DNA of 64,000 bases from a bacterium (GCA_963655305.1 CAVKEA010000002.1:18894-82893), one strand, 5' to 3'. Positions 12,301 through 24,313 are shown, numbered from the stretch's first letter. Notes: generated from the sequence alone by a model not told the origin. Program-made: numbers and translations.

Positions 12301-13563
12301 CAAACGGTGCAGTGTCGGAGCACGGTTCAAAAGGACCGGATGTTCTTTAATAACATCTTCCAAAACGTCCCATACTTCGTTACTGACACGTTCTACTTTC
12401 TTTTTGGCGTTTTTAATATTGGTAGCAATGCCTTTTTCGACCAATTTCTTCATAACAAACGGCTTGAAGAGTTCCAATGCCATTTCTTTCGGAAGGCCGC
12501 ATTGATGCATTTTTAATTCAGGACCTACAACGATAACGGAACGGCCGGAATAGTCAACACGTTTACCTAACAAGTTCTGACGGAAACGGCCTTGTTTCCC
12601 TTTCAGCATATCTGAAAGAGATTTCAACGGACGATTGCCAGGACCTGTAACAGGACGGCCGCGGCGGCCGTTATCAATCAAGGCATCTACTGCTTCCTGC
12701 AGCATGCGTTTTTCGTTGCGGACAATGATATCCGGTGCGCCTAATTCCAACAAACGGCTCAAGCGGTTGTTGCGGTTGATAACACGGCGGTACAAATCAT
12801 TCAAGTCAGACGTTGCAAAACGGCCGCCGTCAAGCTGTACCATCGGGCGCAGTTCCGGCGGAATAACCGGAATGACATCCATAACCATCCATTCCGGTTT
12901 ATTGCCGGAATGACGGAATGCTTCTACCACTTCCAGACGGCGAATAGCACGGACGCGGCGCTGGCCGGAAGAATCACGCAAATCATCGCGCAGTTTTTTG
13001 TCCAATGCATCCAAGTCCAAGTCCTGCAGCAATTCCTTAACTGCTGCAGCACCCATGCCGACACGGAATTTATCGCCATACATATCTAAATATTGACGAT
13101 ATTCTGTTTCTGTTAAAAGCTGTTTTTTCGTCAGCGGCGTATCACCTGGATCTAACACGATATAGGATGCAAAGTACAAGACTTTTTCCAAAGACCGCGG
13201 GGAAATGTCCAAAATAAGACCCATACGGCTTGGAATACCTTTAAAATACCAAATATGAGATACAGGAGTAGCCAATTTAATATGGCCCATACGTTCACGA
13301 CGAACTTTAGCGCGTGTTACTTCAACACCGCAGCGGTCACAAACGACGCCTTTATAACGGATACGTTTATATTTGCCGCAATGGCATTCCCAGTCTTTTG
13401 TCGGCCCAAAAATGCGTTCACAGAATAAGCCGTCTTTTTCTGGTTTCAATGTACGGTAATTAATAGTTTCCGGTTTTTTGACTTCACCGTGTGACCATTC
13501 CAGAATTTTTTCTGGAGAAGCCAGGCCAATCCGCATGGAATCAAATTCGTTCACATCTAGCAC
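9310..13563 (-). CDS. rpoC: DNA-directed RNA polymerase subunit beta' (1417 aa, with lineage-specific insertions)
   Basis: The ORF has the zinc-binding CX2C region, the NADFDGD catalytic motif and the trigger loop [16 protein letters not shown]. It starts at a GTG at 13563. Confidence 0.99.
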   Translation of the reverse strand: MLDVNEFDSMRIGLASPEKILEWSHGEVKKPETINYRTLKPEKDGLFCERIFGPTKDWECHCGKYKRIRYKGVVCDRCGVEVTRAKVRRERMGHIKLATPVSHIWYFKGIPSRMGLILDISPRSLEKVLYFASYIVLDPGDTPLTKKQLLTETEYRQYLDMYGDKFRVGMGAAAVKELLQDLDLDALDKKLRDDLRDSSGQRRVRAIRRLEVVEAFRHSGNKPEWMVMDVIPVIPPELRPMVQLDGGRFATSDLNDLYRRVINRNNRLSRLLELGAPDIIVRNEKRMLQEAVDALIDNGRRGRPVTGPGNRPLKSLSDMLKGKQGRFRQNLLGKRVDYSGRSVIVVGPELKMHQCGLPKEMALELFKPFVMKKLVEKGIATNIKNAKKKVERVSNEVWDVLEDVIKEHPVLLNRAPTLHRLGIQAFEPILWEGRAIKLHPLVCTAFNADFDGDQMACHLPLSVEAQSEARTLMLSAHNILAPKDGKPVAVPTQDMVLGAYYLTLVKPGAMGEGKMFSNYDEVMLAYDAKVIDIEALIKVRIPGHGLIETTAGKLLYNFQIYEPLRLYHTDKVMVFDNPEDTKFAYENGVIDSTHLVKIKQSDGRILDYGFSQLKAEFGVDLLSVRPLPAHKIDKEAVAAFKEGKEFVDVDCLGVLMNKKQIGKLVDACFHLVGNTKTAALLDRIKAIGYHYARQAGMSIAISDIQIPEEKWEILGAADKQVQNVSKMYLRGLITEDERYRKTCAIWEKATDDVTEVMMDNMDPFNSIFMMADSGARGNKQQIRQVAGMRGLMADPSGRIIDLPIKANFREGLSVLDYFTSSHGARKGLADTALRTADSGYLTRRLVDVSQDVIVREDDCDVFGIDLVRERARLASSCRQAVNLLREKLIDRVLAREAVDPETQEVVFPQGHLLTTDDMDTIIEHKLPKLYLQGSQMDINDDMNHTNLIETVTLGAPEEGFRAAIRKSMVDNMLGKTIESDVIDSNGIEICAAGTPLTEDAIERILSSDVDEVKVRNNDIRGVEVTAIVEGNGVIEPLEERIEGRTAAETLINPNTGEVIVPLNEEISDAAAKEVAKYYDKVRIRSVLTCRSRYGVCAKCYGRDLGTGGKVNVGESVGTIAAQSIGEPGTQLTMRTFHTGGVASAGDITQGLPRVEELFEARKPKGNAIVTEIDGVVSITEKEDHHDINIVHVVGKDGEERSYTIPYGSHLVVHEGDEITKGSRITSGSINPHDILHILGVEATQRYLVYEVQKVYKSQGVGINDKHIEVIVRQMLRKMKVEDAGDADLLPGDYVDVNVFEDTNRRIKAANGKPVIGKPMLLGITKAALATESFLSAASFQETTRVLTDAAIKGKIDPLLGLKENVIIGKLIPAGTGMSRYRKVKVVKTVPTISYEDEDGNPVDVSEASETNAPEAGH

Positions 13564-13588
13564 TAATACCGCTCCCTTCTATCGATCA

Positions 13589-16500
13589 TTATTCATCTTC
13601 ATTAGTAGTATCATCGTCATGTGCTTGTTCTGCTTCAGCTACTGCGTCTAAGCTCATAGCACTCATAATATCGTCTTCACCGCCATTGCTGGTAGGTTCT
13701 TCAGCAGCGGTTTCTTCACCAGTTTCATCTGCCGGTACTGCCGGTGCGTTGTCATTGACAGCGTCGCCTTCCATGACACGGCGGAGTTCATCTGTCTGTT
13801 CTGGTTCTACATCGTCTTCATCGTCCAGTTCTTTAATGACGACTTCGTCTCCGTCTTCATTCAGAATCTGAACGTCTAAGCCGATAGCCTGCAATTCTTT
13901 AAGCAGTACCTTGAAGGATTCCGGTACGCCCGGTTCCGGAATGTTTTCACCTTTGACAATTTTTTCATAGGCTTTAACACGGCCGACAACATCGTCGGAT
14001 TTAACCGTAAGCATTTCCTGCAGTGTATAGGCTGCCCCATATGCTTCCAAAGCCCAAACTTCCATTTCCCCGAAACGCTGGCCGCCAAACTGAGCTTTAC
14101 CGCCAAGAGGCTGCTGCGTAACCAAGGAGTACGGACCGGTAGAACGAGCATGGATTTTATCATCAACCAGATGATGCAGTTTCAGGAAGTAGGTATATCC
14201 GACAGTAACGCGGCGGTCCATCGGTTCGCCTGTACGTCCATCATACAGCACCGACTTGCCATCTTCCGGAAGTCCTGCAATTTTCAACGCTTCAAATACA
14301 TCTTCAGCCTGCGCGCCGTCAAATACAGGCGTAGCAATATGAATGCCTGCTTTATCCGGTTTCGGCATGCCGTATTTATCAAAATCATAGCCGGCTTCAC
14401 GAAGTTTAGCTTCCAGACTCGGATTCATTTTCTTAATCTGAATGCCTAATTCATGCATAGCCCAGCCCAAATGCGTTTCCAAAATCTGACCGATATTCAT
14501 ACGAGAAGGTACGCCTAACGGATTCAGTACAATCTGAACCGGCGTGCCATCCGGAAGGAACGGCATATCTTCCTGACGCATTACGCGGGAAACGACACCT
14601 TTGTTCCCGTGACGGCCGGACATTTTATCGCCTTCATGAATTTTACGTTTTTGTGCAATATATACACGAACCAGTCGATTTACGCCTGGCGGCAGTTCAT
14701 CATTGTTTTCACGAGAGAAAATACGTACTTTAACAACTTTGCCGGATTCGCCGTGCGGTACACGCAGGGACGTATCACGTACTTCACGTTCTTTATCACC
14801 AAAGATAGCGCGGAGGAGACGTTCTTCCGGCGTCAGTTCTGTTTCACCTTTTGGTGTAACTTTACCAACAAGCACATCCCCAGGGAATACATCGGCACCC
14901 ACCATAATAATGCCGCTTTCGTCCAGGTTCTTCGTGCTTTCTTCGCTTACGTTTGGAATTTCACGCGTAATTTCTTCAGAACCTAATTTGGTATCACGGG
15001 CATCGCATTCATATTCTTCAATATGAATGGAGGTATACAAATCATTTTTCGGCAAATCTTCACTCAACAGAACAGCATCTTCGTAGTTATACCCTTCCCA
15101 AGGCATATACGCAACGAGGATATTGTAGCCAAGTGCCAATTCGCCGCCATCGGTAGCCATGCCGTCAGCCAAGACCTGTCCTTCTGCTACGTGTTCATTT
15201 TTATATACCAGCGGACGTTGGTTGATACATGTACTCTGGTTGGAACGAACGAACTTAATCAAACGATAGGTATCGACAGAACCGGATTCCGTACGGACTT
15301 GAATTTCATCACCTGTGACACGAATAACAGTACCGGAATGTTTAGCCAATACGCAAACACCGGAGTCACATGCGGCTTTATATTCCATGCCTGTGCCGAC
15401 GAGAGGCGCCTGTGTACGGAGAAGCGGTACAGCCTGACGCTGCATGTTAGCACCCATCAAAGCACGGTTCGCATCATCGTTTTCCAAGAACGGAATCATA
15501 GATGTGCCGACGGAAACAACTTCCTTAGGCGATACGTCCATGAAATCGACGCGGTCTGCCCGGAATTCACGTGTATCTTCACCATGACGGCAGGCAACAC
15601 GTTCATGTACAAAATGGCCGTCTTCTGTCAGCGGTTCGTTAGCCTGTGCGATAATGTACTGTTCTTCTTCATCTGCTGTAATATAATGTACATCTTCCGT
15701 AACGATATGCGTTTCTTTGTCTACACGGCGGTACGGTGCTTCAATAAAGCCAAATTCGTTTACTTTACCAAAGCAAGCCAGCGAAGAAATCAAGCCAATG
15801 TTCGGGCCTTCAGGCGTTTCTACAGGGCACATGCGGCCATAGTGGGAATGGTGAACGTCTCGAACTTCAAACCCTGCGCGTTCACGAGACAAACCGCCAG
15901 GCCCCAATGCACTCAGACGACGTTTATGCGTCAATTCAGCCAACGGGTTGGTCTGGTCCATAAACTGTGACAACTGGCTGGAACCAAAGAATTCTTTAAT
16001 CGCAGCTACAACAGGACGAATATTGATCAAGACCTGCGGCGTAATGCTTTCTGCATCCTGAATGGTCATTCGTTCGCGAACGACACGTTCCATACGGGTA
16101 AGACCAATACGGAATTGATTTTGCAGCAGTTCGCCTACGCAGCGCAGACGACGGTTGCCCAAATGGTCAATATCATCAATCGTGCCAAAGCCATCCATCA
16201 AATTGAGCAGATAGTCAATGTGGGCAATGATATCTTCTCTTGTAATAGTGCGGTGATCATATGGCAAATTGCTGTTGTTGCAAATGATTTTATATACAGA
16301 ACCATCGGGTTTTTCTACGAACGTTTCGACAAGTCCTTCGCCGGAAAAAACACCGCTGTCTTTAATTTTTTTAACTTCAGCAGCGCCGATTTCCGTATGC
16401 GCATCGACGACAACTTCGCCTGTTTCTGCATTGACAATCGGTTCATGCAGCGTAAGGCCAAAGAGCCGGCGTTCCCAGCCTAATTTCTTACCCGCTTTGT

Positions 16501-17311
16501 AGCGGCCGACACGTGCCATATCATACCGGCGCGGATCAAAGAACAGGCCTTCAAATAAATTGCGGGCACTTTCTACTGTCGGCGGTTCACCCGGACGGAG
16601 TTTTTTATAGATTTCAACTAAAGCTTCATCTTGATTTTCAGTCGTATCTTTTTCAAAGGTGGCTTTTAATCGCTTGTCATCAAAGAATAAATCCAAGATG
16701 TCTGCATTAGAAGACCAGCCAAGAGCGCGAATCAAGACAGTTACAGGAATTTTACGATTGCGGTCAATACGGGCATATACAATATCATTGGCATCTGTTT
16801 CCAATTCAATCCATGCCCCGCGGTTTGGAATAACCGTAGAATTATACAAGCGAATGCCCATTGGGTCAATTTCGCGGCCGTAATATACGCCAGGAGAACG
16901 AACGAGCTGACTGACAATAACGCGTTCTGCCCCATTAATAATAAACGTACCTGTATCCGTAATCAGCGGAAAATCACCCATGAATACTTCCTGGTCCTTA
17001 ATTTCCCCTGTTTCATGATTGACAAGGCGGATTTGGACGCGGAGCGGCGCGGCGTACGTCGTGTCCCGTTCCTTACATTCACGGATGTCATATTTAGGTT
17101 CCCCTAATTTAAAATCTTCAAAGGACAAAGACAAATTACCCGATGAGTCTTCAATAGGAGAAATGTCTTTGAATATATCTTTCAATCCTTTTTCCAGGAA
17201 CCATTCGTAGGACTTATTCTGCAAATCCAACAAATGAGGCATTTTCAAGACCTCGTTAATCTTAGCATACGTGTATCGAGTCCTTTTCCCTACTTGTACA
17301 GGTTTGAACAT
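13589..17311 (-). CDS. rpoB: DNA-directed RNA polymerase subunit beta (1240 aa)
   Basis: The ORF has conserved beta blocks ([26 protein letters not shown]) and an acidic C-terminal tail. Confidence 0.99.
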   Translation of the reverse strand: MFKPVQVGKRTRYTYAKINEVLKMPHLLDLQNKSYEWFLEKGLKDIFKDISPIEDSSGNLSLSFEDFKLGEPKYDIRECKERDTTYAAPLRVQIRLVNHETGEIKDQEVFMGDFPLITDTGTFIINGAERVIVSQLVRSPGVYYGREIDPMGIRLYNSTVIPNRGAWIELETDANDIVYARIDRNRKIPVTVLIRALGWSSNADILDLFFDDKRLKATFEKDTTENQDEALVEIYKKLRPGEPPTVESARNLFEGLFFDPRRYDMARVGRYKAGKKLGWERRLFGLTLHEPIVNAETGEVVVDAHTEIGAAEVKKIKDSGVFSGEGLVETFVEKPDGSVYKIICNNSNLPYDHRTITREDIIAHIDYLLNLMDGFGTIDDIDHLGNRRLRCVGELLQNQFRIGLTRMERVVRERMTIQDAESITPQVLINIRPVVAAIKEFFGSSQLSQFMDQTNPLAELTHKRRLSALGPGGLSRERAGFEVRDVHHSHYGRMCPVETPEGPNIGLISSLACFGKVNEFGFIEAPYRRVDKETHIVTEDVHYITADEEEQYIIAQANEPLTEDGHFVHERVACRHGEDTREFRADRVDFMDVSPKEVVSVGTSMIPFLENDDANRALMGANMQRQAVPLLRTQAPLVGTGMEYKAACDSGVCVLAKHSGTVIRVTGDEIQVRTESGSVDTYRLIKFVRSNQSTCINQRPLVYKNEHVAEGQVLADGMATDGGELALGYNILVAYMPWEGYNYEDAVLLSEDLPKNDLYTSIHIEEYECDARDTKLGSEEITREIPNVSEESTKNLDESGIIMVGADVFPGDVLVGKVTPKGETELTPEERLLRAIFGDKEREVRDTSLRVPHGESGKVVKVRIFSRENNDELPPGVNRLVRVYIAQKRKIHEGDKMSGRHGNKGVVSRVMRQEDMPFLPDGTPVQIVLNPLGVPSRMNIGQILETHLGWAMHELGIQIKKMNPSLEAKLREAGYDFDKYGMPKPDKAGIHIATPVFDGAQAEDVFEALKIAGLPEDGKSVLYDGRTGEPMDRRVTVGYTYFLKLHHLVDDKIHARSTGPYSLVTQQPLGGKAQFGGQRFGEMEVWALEAYGAAYTLQEMLTVKSDDVVGRVKAYEKIVKGENIPEPGVPESFKVLLKELQAIGLDVQILNEDGDEVVIKELDDEDDVEPEQTDELRRVMEGDAVNDNAPAVPADETGEETAAEEPTSNGGEDDIMSAMSLDAVAEAEQAHDDDTTNEDE

Positions 17312-17382
17312 GCTGATTCTTCACCCCTTATAAAAAGTAAACCATGATGATAGCGTCGCAAAAGCATTCCCAAAAAGCGACA

Positions 17383-17419
17383 AAAAAGCAAGGCTCTGTA
17401 TTTCGTACTTGAACCTTGC
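17383..17419 (-). terminator. Terminator-like hairpin with a T-run inside the rpoB leader (possible attenuator)
   Basis: The minus strand reads GCAAGGTT-CAAGTACGAAATACAG-AGCCTTGC followed by TTTTTTGTCGCTTTTT. It lies between the candidate promoter at 17495-17523 and the rpoB start at 17311. Confidence 0.45.
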
Positions 17420-17494
17420 TTAACTTTTTGCTTTCCGGAAACGCTTCCTCCATGTATCTCATAATATATCACATTGAACATTTTGCAATGAGTT

Positions 17495-17523
17495 ATTATA
17501 GCATACGTTTTTGTTTCCGTCAA
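17495..17523 (-). promoter_or_regulatory. Near-consensus sigma-70 type promoter upstream of rpoB
   Basis: The minus strand reads TTGACG (17523-17518), a 17-nt spacer, then TATAAT (17500-17495). Confidence 0.6.
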
Positions 17524-17562
17524 TATTTTATTTGGATGTTTTTTGTTTTTTTACATTGTCAT

Positions 17563-18819
17563 TTATTGATGTACTCGTGCCAATGTATATTTCTTTTTCC
17601 CCTTGCGAACGATGACAAACTTGCCATTGGAATTTTTATGAGGTTTGACAATTTCATCAAGGGACGTAACTTTTACGCCGTTAATCGTAACGGCACCGTT
17701 GGTAACATCTTCCCGCGCCTGTCGTTTGGACTTATAAATAGTAGAATCTACCAGCCAGTTGACAACATCTTTATCTTCATTGGATACATCTACGGTCGGC
17801 ATTTTGCCAAAGGCCTGCAGCAGTTCGTGTTCGGACAAATCAGCAATGCTGCCGTGGAATAATGCTTCTGTAATATTTTGGGCTTCTTTCAATGCTTCCG
17901 GGCTGTGAACAAATGTCGTAACTTCTTCTGCCAGACGACGCTGTGCCAATCGTTTTTCCGGTTCGTTCTTAACGGCTTCTGCCAATGCATTGATTTCTTC
18001 CTGACCGAGGAACGTGAAATATTTCAAATATTTTACGACATCTGCATCATCCTGATTGAGCCAGAACTGATAGAATTCAAAAGGAGACGTCTTTTCAGGA
18101 TCGAGCCAAACAGCACCGCCGGCGGTCTTGCCAAACTTCGTGCCGTCTGATTTCAGCATCAGCGGAATCGTTAAGCCATAGGCCTTGGCATCGCTGCCGT
18201 GAATTTTATGAATCGTATCAATGCCTGCCGTAATATTTCCCCACTGGTCGGCACCGCCGATTTGAAGCTGTACGTCATGATGCATAAACAGCTGTTCAAA
18301 GTCGATGGACTGTAAAATCTGGTAGGAAAATTCAGTAAAGGAAATCCCTGCTTCCAAACGGCTGGCAACTACTTCTTTCGCCAGCATCGTATTGACACTG
18401 AATAATTTGCCGTAATCACGAAGGAAATTAAGCAAGTCAATTTTGCTCAGCCAATCATAGTTGTTGACAAATGAAATATTAGATGATTCGCCAAACAAAT
18501 GCATAAACTGTGCTTTCAATTTTTCCGCATTTTCATGAATCTTTTCAATCGTCTGCAGCTGCCGTTCTGTTTTGCGGCCGCTGGGGTCGCCGATAACACC
18601 AGTACCACCGCCGATAACAACATACGGATGATGTCCTGCCAAGGCAAAGCGCTTCAACATCATAAAAGGAATCAAATGCCCAATATGCATGCTGTCGCCA
18701 GTCGGGTCTACGCCGCAGTACAAAGAAATGCTTTTTTCTTCTGTAAGTTTGCGCAACCCTGCTTCATCGGTCATCTGATTGACGGCACCGCGCCAAGACA
18801 ATTCATCAATAATATTCAT
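17563..18819 (-). CDS. tyrS: Tyrosine--tRNA ligase
   Basis: The 418-aa ORF has a HIGH motif (MHIGHL), a KMSKS-like KFGKT and a C-terminal S4 domain. Confidence 0.97.
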   Translation of the reverse strand: MNIIDELSWRGAVNQMTDEAGLRKLTEEKSISLYCGVDPTGDSMHIGHLIPFMMLKRFALAGHHPYVVIGGGTGVIGDPSGRKTERQLQTIEKIHENAEKLKAQFMHLFGESSNISFVNNYDWLSKIDLLNFLRDYGKLFSVNTMLAKEVVASRLEAGISFTEFSYQILQSIDFEQLFMHHDVQLQIGGADQWGNITAGIDTIHKIHGSDAKAYGLTIPLMLKSDGTKFGKTAGGAVWLDPEKTSPFEFYQFWLNQDDADVVKYLKYFTFLGQEEINALAEAVKNEPEKRLAQRRLAEEVTTFVHSPEALKEAQNITEALFHGSIADLSEHELLQAFGKMPTVDVSNEDKDVVNWLVDSTIYKSKRQAREDVTNGAVTINGVKVTSLDEIVKPHKNSNGKFVIVRKGKKKYTLARVHQ

Positions 18820-18877
18820 CGAACCCGCTCCTTTTTCTACTTTGCAAGTTTATATTTTTATATCATTAGTTACATCA

Positions 18878-18906
18878 ATTATACTCATCGCAGAGATATA
18901 CGTCAA
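18878..18906 (-). promoter_or_regulatory. Near-consensus sigma-70 type promoter of tyrS
   Basis: The minus strand reads TTGACG (18906-18901), a 17-nt spacer, then TATAAT (18883-18878). This leaves only about 50 nt of leader before the ATG at 18819. Confidence 0.6.
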
Positions 18907-18955
18907 TAAAGGGGCGTGGATTTATCTCCCTTTTATGCTTTCTCAGCGCAACTGT

Positions 18956-20152
18956 CTACCGCATTTTCCTAAAAACCAGCGTGCCTGTCAAGCCGGATAC
19001 TAAGGAGGCGATGACCACAGCCGTCTTAGCCGTCATTAAATCTTGTGCATCGACAAACGCCAAAGAAGCAATAAACAACGACATAGTAAACCCGATACCG
19101 CCCAAAATTCCGGCACCCAAGAAATGGCGAAGTCGAACACCCTTGGGCATATTCGCTATATGCAGCCGCAGTAATCCATATACGGTGCCAAAGATACCCA
19201 GTGGTTTTCCTACAACCAATCCGGCCATTACCCCCATTCCAACCGGGGAAACAACGGCCTGCAAACTGCCCGCATCCAGTGCTATGCCGGCATTCCCCAA
19301 GGCAAACACAGGCATTACTAAAAATGCAGACCAAGGCGTCAAGCGATGTTCCCAACGAGCTAATAAACTAGAAGAATGTGTATTAGCCGTGCCTGCCGGT
19401 ATGACAAAGCCAAGCAGTACACCGGCAATTGTCGGATGAATACCGCCTTGTAAAAAAGCGTACCACAGCCCCAGTCCGCCTAACAGGTATACGGCTGCTG
19501 TCTGCAGCCGCAGCCGGCTTGCCACCCCTAATACAGCCACAATACTCGCACCTGCCAACAAAGCCGGCCCATACAGTTCAGTAGAATAAAATAACGCAAT
19601 GACCAAAATGCCGCCTAAATCATCTACGATAGCCAATGCCGTGAGAAAGACAACAATAGGCCGCGGTGCTTTCGGTGCCGCAAAAGCCAGTACGCCCAAC
19701 GAAAAAGCGATATCCGTTGCCATCGGCACACCCCAGCCATTCAAAGACGGCCTGCCAATATTAAATACACTATATAATACGGCTGGTACAACCATTCCGC
19801 CTACTGCCGCAGCAATCGGCAGCAGCATCGAAGAGGGGGATTTTAATTCCCCAAAAAGAAACTCACGCTTGATTTCCATTCCGACTACAAAGAAAAACAA
19901 GGCCATCAGACCGTCGTTAATCCAATGCAGCAGTGACATGGATAGACTCCATGTACCATATCCCAGCGTGACTTGCTCATGCAAAATATGTTCATACGAC
20001 GTGCCAAGAGCAGAATTGGCAATCAGCATCGCAACAACAGCACAAAAAAGGAGCAGGATGCCGCCCGCTGATTCTTGACGGGAAAACCATAAAAAAGCTG
20101 CCGTCACATGCTGCGTATTTCGTTTTATATTTCCGTATACTTTTTTACGCAC
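18956..20152 (-). CDS. nhaA: Na+/H+ antiporter NhaA
   Basis: The 398-aa polytopic ORF has an NhaA-like N-terminus (ESAGGILLLFCAVVAMLIANS) and the DDLGGI motif region. Confidence 0.9.
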   Translation of the reverse strand: MRKKVYGNIKRNTQHVTAAFLWFSRQESAGGILLLFCAVVAMLIANSALGTSYEHILHEQVTLGYGTWSLSMSLLHWINDGLMALFFFVVGMEIKREFLFGELKSPSSMLLPIAAAVGGMVVPAVLYSVFNIGRPSLNGWGVPMATDIAFSLGVLAFAAPKAPRPIVVFLTALAIVDDLGGILVIALFYSTELYGPALLAGASIVAVLGVASRLRLQTAAVYLLGGLGLWYAFLQGGIHPTIAGVLLGFVIPAGTANTHSSSLLARWEHRLTPWSAFLVMPVFALGNAGIALDAGSLQAVVSPVGMGVMAGLVVGKPLGIFGTVYGLLRLHIANMPKGVRLRHFLGAGILGGIGFTMSLFIASLAFVDAQDLMTAKTAVVIASLVSGLTGTLVFRKMR

Positions 20153-20498
20153 TACTATATCATCCTTCTTTCTTACAATTTGTTTTTTTAATTATATCAT
20201 GTCCTCTTTTCTTTCCCCTAGTATCCGCACATACCAAAAACGCAAGTATCCATATGGTATAAAAAGATACGCAAAACGCATACACCATTTGCAGCAAAAA
20301 ATACGGTGAAACAGCGTCTTGTGCAGCGTAAAATATATCATTGCATTGCGCCATAAAAAAAGGGCCTCCGATTCCATGACAGGTGCCGTCTCTCATGCGT
20401 TACTCTTAAAAATGTAACGTATAGAAGCCATGCACTCTGCGAAATCAGAAGCCCTTTGCGTTTTTTATATATGCTGTTGTTTCACGGTCTTGCTTAAT

Positions 20499-22415
20499 TT
20501 AAGATTCTATCCCGCTGCGTTCCAAAATAATACCTTCTCGATAGGCCTGCAGCAAGGCATTCAAATCATCAATCATCTGTAAAATCTTCTTGCCATTATC
20601 GGTATCGCCAATCATGACACGCTTCGGTTCTAATTCAACTTGGGTTGATTCAGAATCAATGTCTGCATTGTTCATCAATACTTGGTTTACGTCCTTAAAC
20701 GGGTAATGCGCTTTAATTCGAATACCGTGAGAATTGAAAATCAAGGTATACCCGGCAATCCCTGTAGACCCTTGATAGGCTTTACAAAACCCGCCGTCAA
20801 TACAAATTTCTTTGCCTTCTGCACGAATCGGGCTTTCTCCCTTTTTCACCTTGACCGGCGTATGTCCATTGATAATATGTCCCTGCGGCGAATCAATGCC
20901 AAATTCATGTAAAATTTTGATGCATTCATCTTTATCTCTGTTGAGGCGATAATATGCATTTTGCGGTTCTTTCCATGTCGATTCGTCTTTAATGTAGCTG
21001 CGTTCAAATGTTTTGACCACACGCCCTGATACCGGCGAGTCCTGACCGCACCACATGTACCACATATAATCCAAACTGTTCGTGTCGCGTTTGTTATATG
21101 CCTGCCGCGCCATGAAGTCAGCCATATCCATAAGCGCTTTTCCTTTATACGGTTTGCCGTCAAAAAAGATTTCCTTAAAAGAGCCGTCTTCATTTAGCGG
21201 CACGCCCCCGTGGAATAAAAGATTATTATTATATCCCCGGTACAGGGAGCCGTGGCTGTAAAAGAAGCGAATATGTTTATGAAGGCGTTCGCTTTCCAAA
21301 AATTCAGACGTAATCTGTGACATGATACGATGTTCTTCCGGCGATAGCTGATATGGGTCCTGCGGATTGACTGTCGGAAAATCCGTCGTCGTCAGCGGAT
21401 AGGTCTTTCCCTGAATGACAATCGTGCCGTTTTGCCAATCAATCGTATGGAATAGCATCCGATCGTCCATGTTATATTCAGGATGACGAATAATAACCTG
21501 TCCTTCCAGTTTTGATAAAATGACATTAATGGCTTTCACCATCGGTTCAATGCCATCATCCTTAGTATACGTGCGTAATGCAAAGAGTGCCAACGGGCGC
21601 AAACTAATGCCGTATCCGCTTTCTAATATTTCCAAATTATGGTAGCGTATATTATTTCTCAACACATTGGCTATGCAGGCCTGGCTACCGGCAGCGGCTC
21701 CCATCCAAAGTACATCATGGTTTCCCCATTGAATGTCCAGAGAATGATGATGCATCAAATAGTCCATGATTTTGTCGGCATGCGGCCCGCGGTCATAAAT
21801 ATCACCAATAATATGCAGATGATCTACAGCCAATCGTTTAATTAAACTTGCTAACGCATAAATAAACTGCCGCGTACTTCCCGTTTCTAAAATAGTATCT
21901 AAAATCTTCATATGGTAAACCCGGCGATTTTTGTCTTCATCGGGCTGCGCATGCAGTAATTCATCAATAACAAAGCGGAAAACCGGTGGCATCGCTTTAC
22001 GCACTTTAGACCGGGTATATTTGGAAGACAATAATTTTACCAAACGAATTAAATGATTTAATGTCGTCAACGCCCATTCGTCGGTAATGACATGCTGCCG
22101 CTGCAGCATATCCAATTTTTCTTTAGGATAATAAATAAGTGTCAGTAAGTCATCCCGTTCTTTTTCCGTCATCGAATTAGCAAAAATCATTTCAACTTTT
22201 TCACGAATTACACCGGAACAATTATTCAGAATATGGTAAAACGCTTCATATTCCCCGTGTAAATCACTCATAAAATGTTCTGTCCCCTTGGGAAGATTAA
22301 CAATAGCCTGCAAATTGATAATCTCTGTAAATGTCGCAGCCTGATTTGGATATTCCTTTGCCAACAATTCCAAATAGCGCACATACTGGGGAGAATAATT
22401 TTTACATGTTTCCAT
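20499..22415 (-). CDS. fbp: Fructose-1,6-bisphosphatase, class 3
   Basis: The roughly 638-aa ORF has metallophosphatase blocks (DLHGEYE, GDIYDRG, GNHD) typical of Firmicute class III FBPase. The start is moved to the ATG at 22415, which is preceded by AAGGAG. Confidence 0.9.
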   Translation of the reverse strand: METCKNYSPQYVRYLELLAKEYPNQAATFTEIINLQAIVNLPKGTEHFMSDLHGEYEAFYHILNNCSGVIREKVEMIFANSMTEKERDDLLTLIYYPKEKLDMLQRQHVITDEWALTTLNHLIRLVKLLSSKYTRSKVRKAMPPVFRFVIDELLHAQPDEDKNRRVYHMKILDTILETGSTRQFIYALASLIKRLAVDHLHIIGDIYDRGPHADKIMDYLMHHHSLDIQWGNHDVLWMGAAAGSQACIANVLRNNIRYHNLEILESGYGISLRPLALFALRTYTKDDGIEPMVKAINVILSKLEGQVIIRHPEYNMDDRMLFHTIDWQNGTIVIQGKTYPLTTTDFPTVNPQDPYQLSPEEHRIMSQITSEFLESERLHKHIRFFYSHGSLYRGYNNNLLFHGGVPLNEDGSFKEIFFDGKPYKGKALMDMADFMARQAYNKRDTNSLDYMWYMWCGQDSPVSGRVVKTFERSYIKDESTWKEPQNAYYRLNRDKDECIKILHEFGIDSPQGHIINGHTPVKVKKGESPIRAEGKEICIDGGFCKAYQGSTGIAGYTLIFNSHGIRIKAHYPFKDVNQVLMNNADIDSESTQVELEPKRVMIGDTDNGKKILQMIDDLNALLQAYREGIILERSGIES

Positions 22416-22963
22416 GATGCCGTACTCCTTTTTATTGTTATATAGTATACTACTTTTTCTTATTTTATTTCTATTGTACACTATCTTTTCTATTGTGACT
22501 AGATTAAAACATAAATCCGTATCATTGCATCATTCGAATTGAATATACTGCCTCTTTTAGAGATTTTGCAGTATGCTCCTTTTCGTACCCCATTTTCTCT
22601 GTCTAAACAAGTATAGCCTTATTCCTGCTGCAAAGGGTAAAATATACCACATATTTCAAAATAAATATATGCTTCTTTTCATCTATGATTTTTATGAATT
22701 CTACTAATAATTTTTAGGAATGAACTTGCTTTTTTATTTATTTTGTATAAAAGTTTGAAGAACATAATAAAAATTTTTATGATTTTTATTTGTTTTTTTC
22801 TTTTTTTATTCCCTTGAATAAAATTAATTTTCACATTGCGGTATTTTCAAAACAAAAAAAACATGCTATGATGTGGTCATAGGAAGCAGTTAGATAGAAA
22901 GCATTTTAGGGTGAATAGTATATTTTAAATGGTGATTCAAAAAATTTTAACGAGGTGATTTTA

Positions 22964-24313
22964 ATGAACAAATATCTTGAATCTGTAATCGAAAAAGTAA
23001 GAACTAAATACGCCAATGAACCGGAATTCGTGCAAACCGTAGAAGAAGTTTTTTCATCGTTGGAACCAGTCGTTGAAAAACATCCGGAATATGAAAAATT
23101 CGATTTATTAAATCGCCTAGTAGAACCAGAACGCCAATTTACATTCCGTGTAGTTTGGCAGGATGACGAAGGAAAATACCACACGAACACAGGGTATCGT
23201 TTCCAATTTAACGGAGCCATCGGGCCGTATAAAGGCGGGCTTCGTTTCCAGAAAAACGTATATCCCGGCATCATCAAATTCCTGGGTTTTGAACAAATCT
23301 TCAAAAACGCCTTGACAGGTCTTCCCATCGGCGGGGCAAAAGGCGGCGCTGATTTCGATCCAACAGGTAAATCCGATGCTGAAATCATGCGTTTCTGCCA
23401 AAGCTTTATGCAGGGCTTGTATCGCTATATCGGGCCGGACATCGACGTACCTGCTGGTGATATGGGCGTTGGCGGCCGCGAAATCGGCTATTTATTCGGC
23501 GAATACCGCCGCTTAAAAGGCGCATTTGAAAACGGTGTATTGACAGGCAAAGGCTTTAGCTTTGGCGGCTCCCTCATCCGTCCGGAAGCAACAGGCTACG
23601 GTGCTGTTTACTTCTTGGAAAACGTCTTAAAAGACGACGGTCAGGATATCAAAGGAAAAACAATTGCTGCTGCAGGCTTCGGCAACGTTACCTGGGGCAT
23701 CTGCAAAAAAGCTGCTGAACTCGGCGCCAAAGTTGTTACGTTATCCGGTCCGGATGGCTACATCTACGATCCAGACGGCGTCGTAACGGAAGAAAAAATC
23801 AACTACCTGCTTGAAATGCGCAGCAGCGGCCGCAACCGCGTACAAGATTATGCAGATAAATTCGGCGTAGAATTTTATCCTGGCGAAAAACCATGGAATA
23901 GAAAAGTGGATATCGTAATGCCGTCTGCTATGCAGAATGACGTTCATTTGGAACAGGCAAAACAAATCGCAGCAAACAAGATTCGCTATTACATCGAAGT
24001 TGCCAATATGCCGACAACTAACGATGCATTGAAATATTTACTGGAACAAAAAGACATGATCGTAGCTCCGTCCAAAGCCGTAAATGCCGGCGGCGTAGCT
24101 GTGTCTGCACTGGAAATGAGCCAGAACAGCGAACGGCTTGTTTGGACAGAAGAAGAAGTCGATGCACGGCTCCATCACATCATGAATACAATTTATAAGA
24201 ACTGCAAAGATGCATCTGCCCGCAACGGGTTAGGTTACAACTTGGTTGCCGGTGCTAACATTGCCGGCTTTGAACGAGTTGCTGATGCAATGCTTGCGCA
24301 AGGCGTCTTCTAA
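22964..24313 (+). CDS. gdhA: NADP-specific glutamate dehydrogenase
   Basis: The ORF reads MNKYLESVIEKV and has the KGGLRF and GGAKGG motifs of hexameric GDH. The ATG at 22964 lies 8 nt after GAGG. Confidence 0.96.
   Translation: MNKYLESVIEKVRTKYANEPEFVQTVEEVFSSLEPVVEKHPEYEKFDLLNRLVEPERQFTFRVVWQDDEGKYHTNTGYRFQFNGAIGPYKGGLRFQKNVYPGIIKFLGFEQIFKNALTGLPIGGAKGGADFDPTGKSDAEIMRFCQSFMQGLYRYIGPDIDVPAGDMGVGGREIGYLFGEYRRLKGAFENGVLTGKGFSFGGSLIRPEATGYGAVYFLENVLKDDGQDIKGKTIAAAGFGNVTWGICKKAAELGAKVVTLSGPDGYIYDPDGVVTEEKINYLLEMRSSGRNRVQDYADKFGVEFYPGEKPWNRKVDIVMPSAMQNDVHLEQAKQIAANKIRYYIEVANMPTTNDALKYLLEQKDMIVAPSKAVNAGGVAVSALEMSQNSERLVWTEEEVDARLHHIMNTIYKNCKDASARNGLGYNLVAGANIAGFERVADAMLAQGVF

Noticed and set aside
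13589-13830. An acidic C-terminal tail of about 75 aa on RpoB (D/E-rich, ending ...DDDTTNEDE).
   Set aside because: As far as I recall, Bacillus-type beta subunits also end in an acidic extension. This is probably a normal Firmicute feature rather than a novelty.
20153-20498. Two overlapping small minus-strand ORFs (78 and 61 aa) in the nhaA-fbp spacer.
   Set aside because: They overlap each other in different frames, lack convincing RBS sequences and have odd composition. The region is more likely the nhaA promoter/leader and the fbp 3' region.
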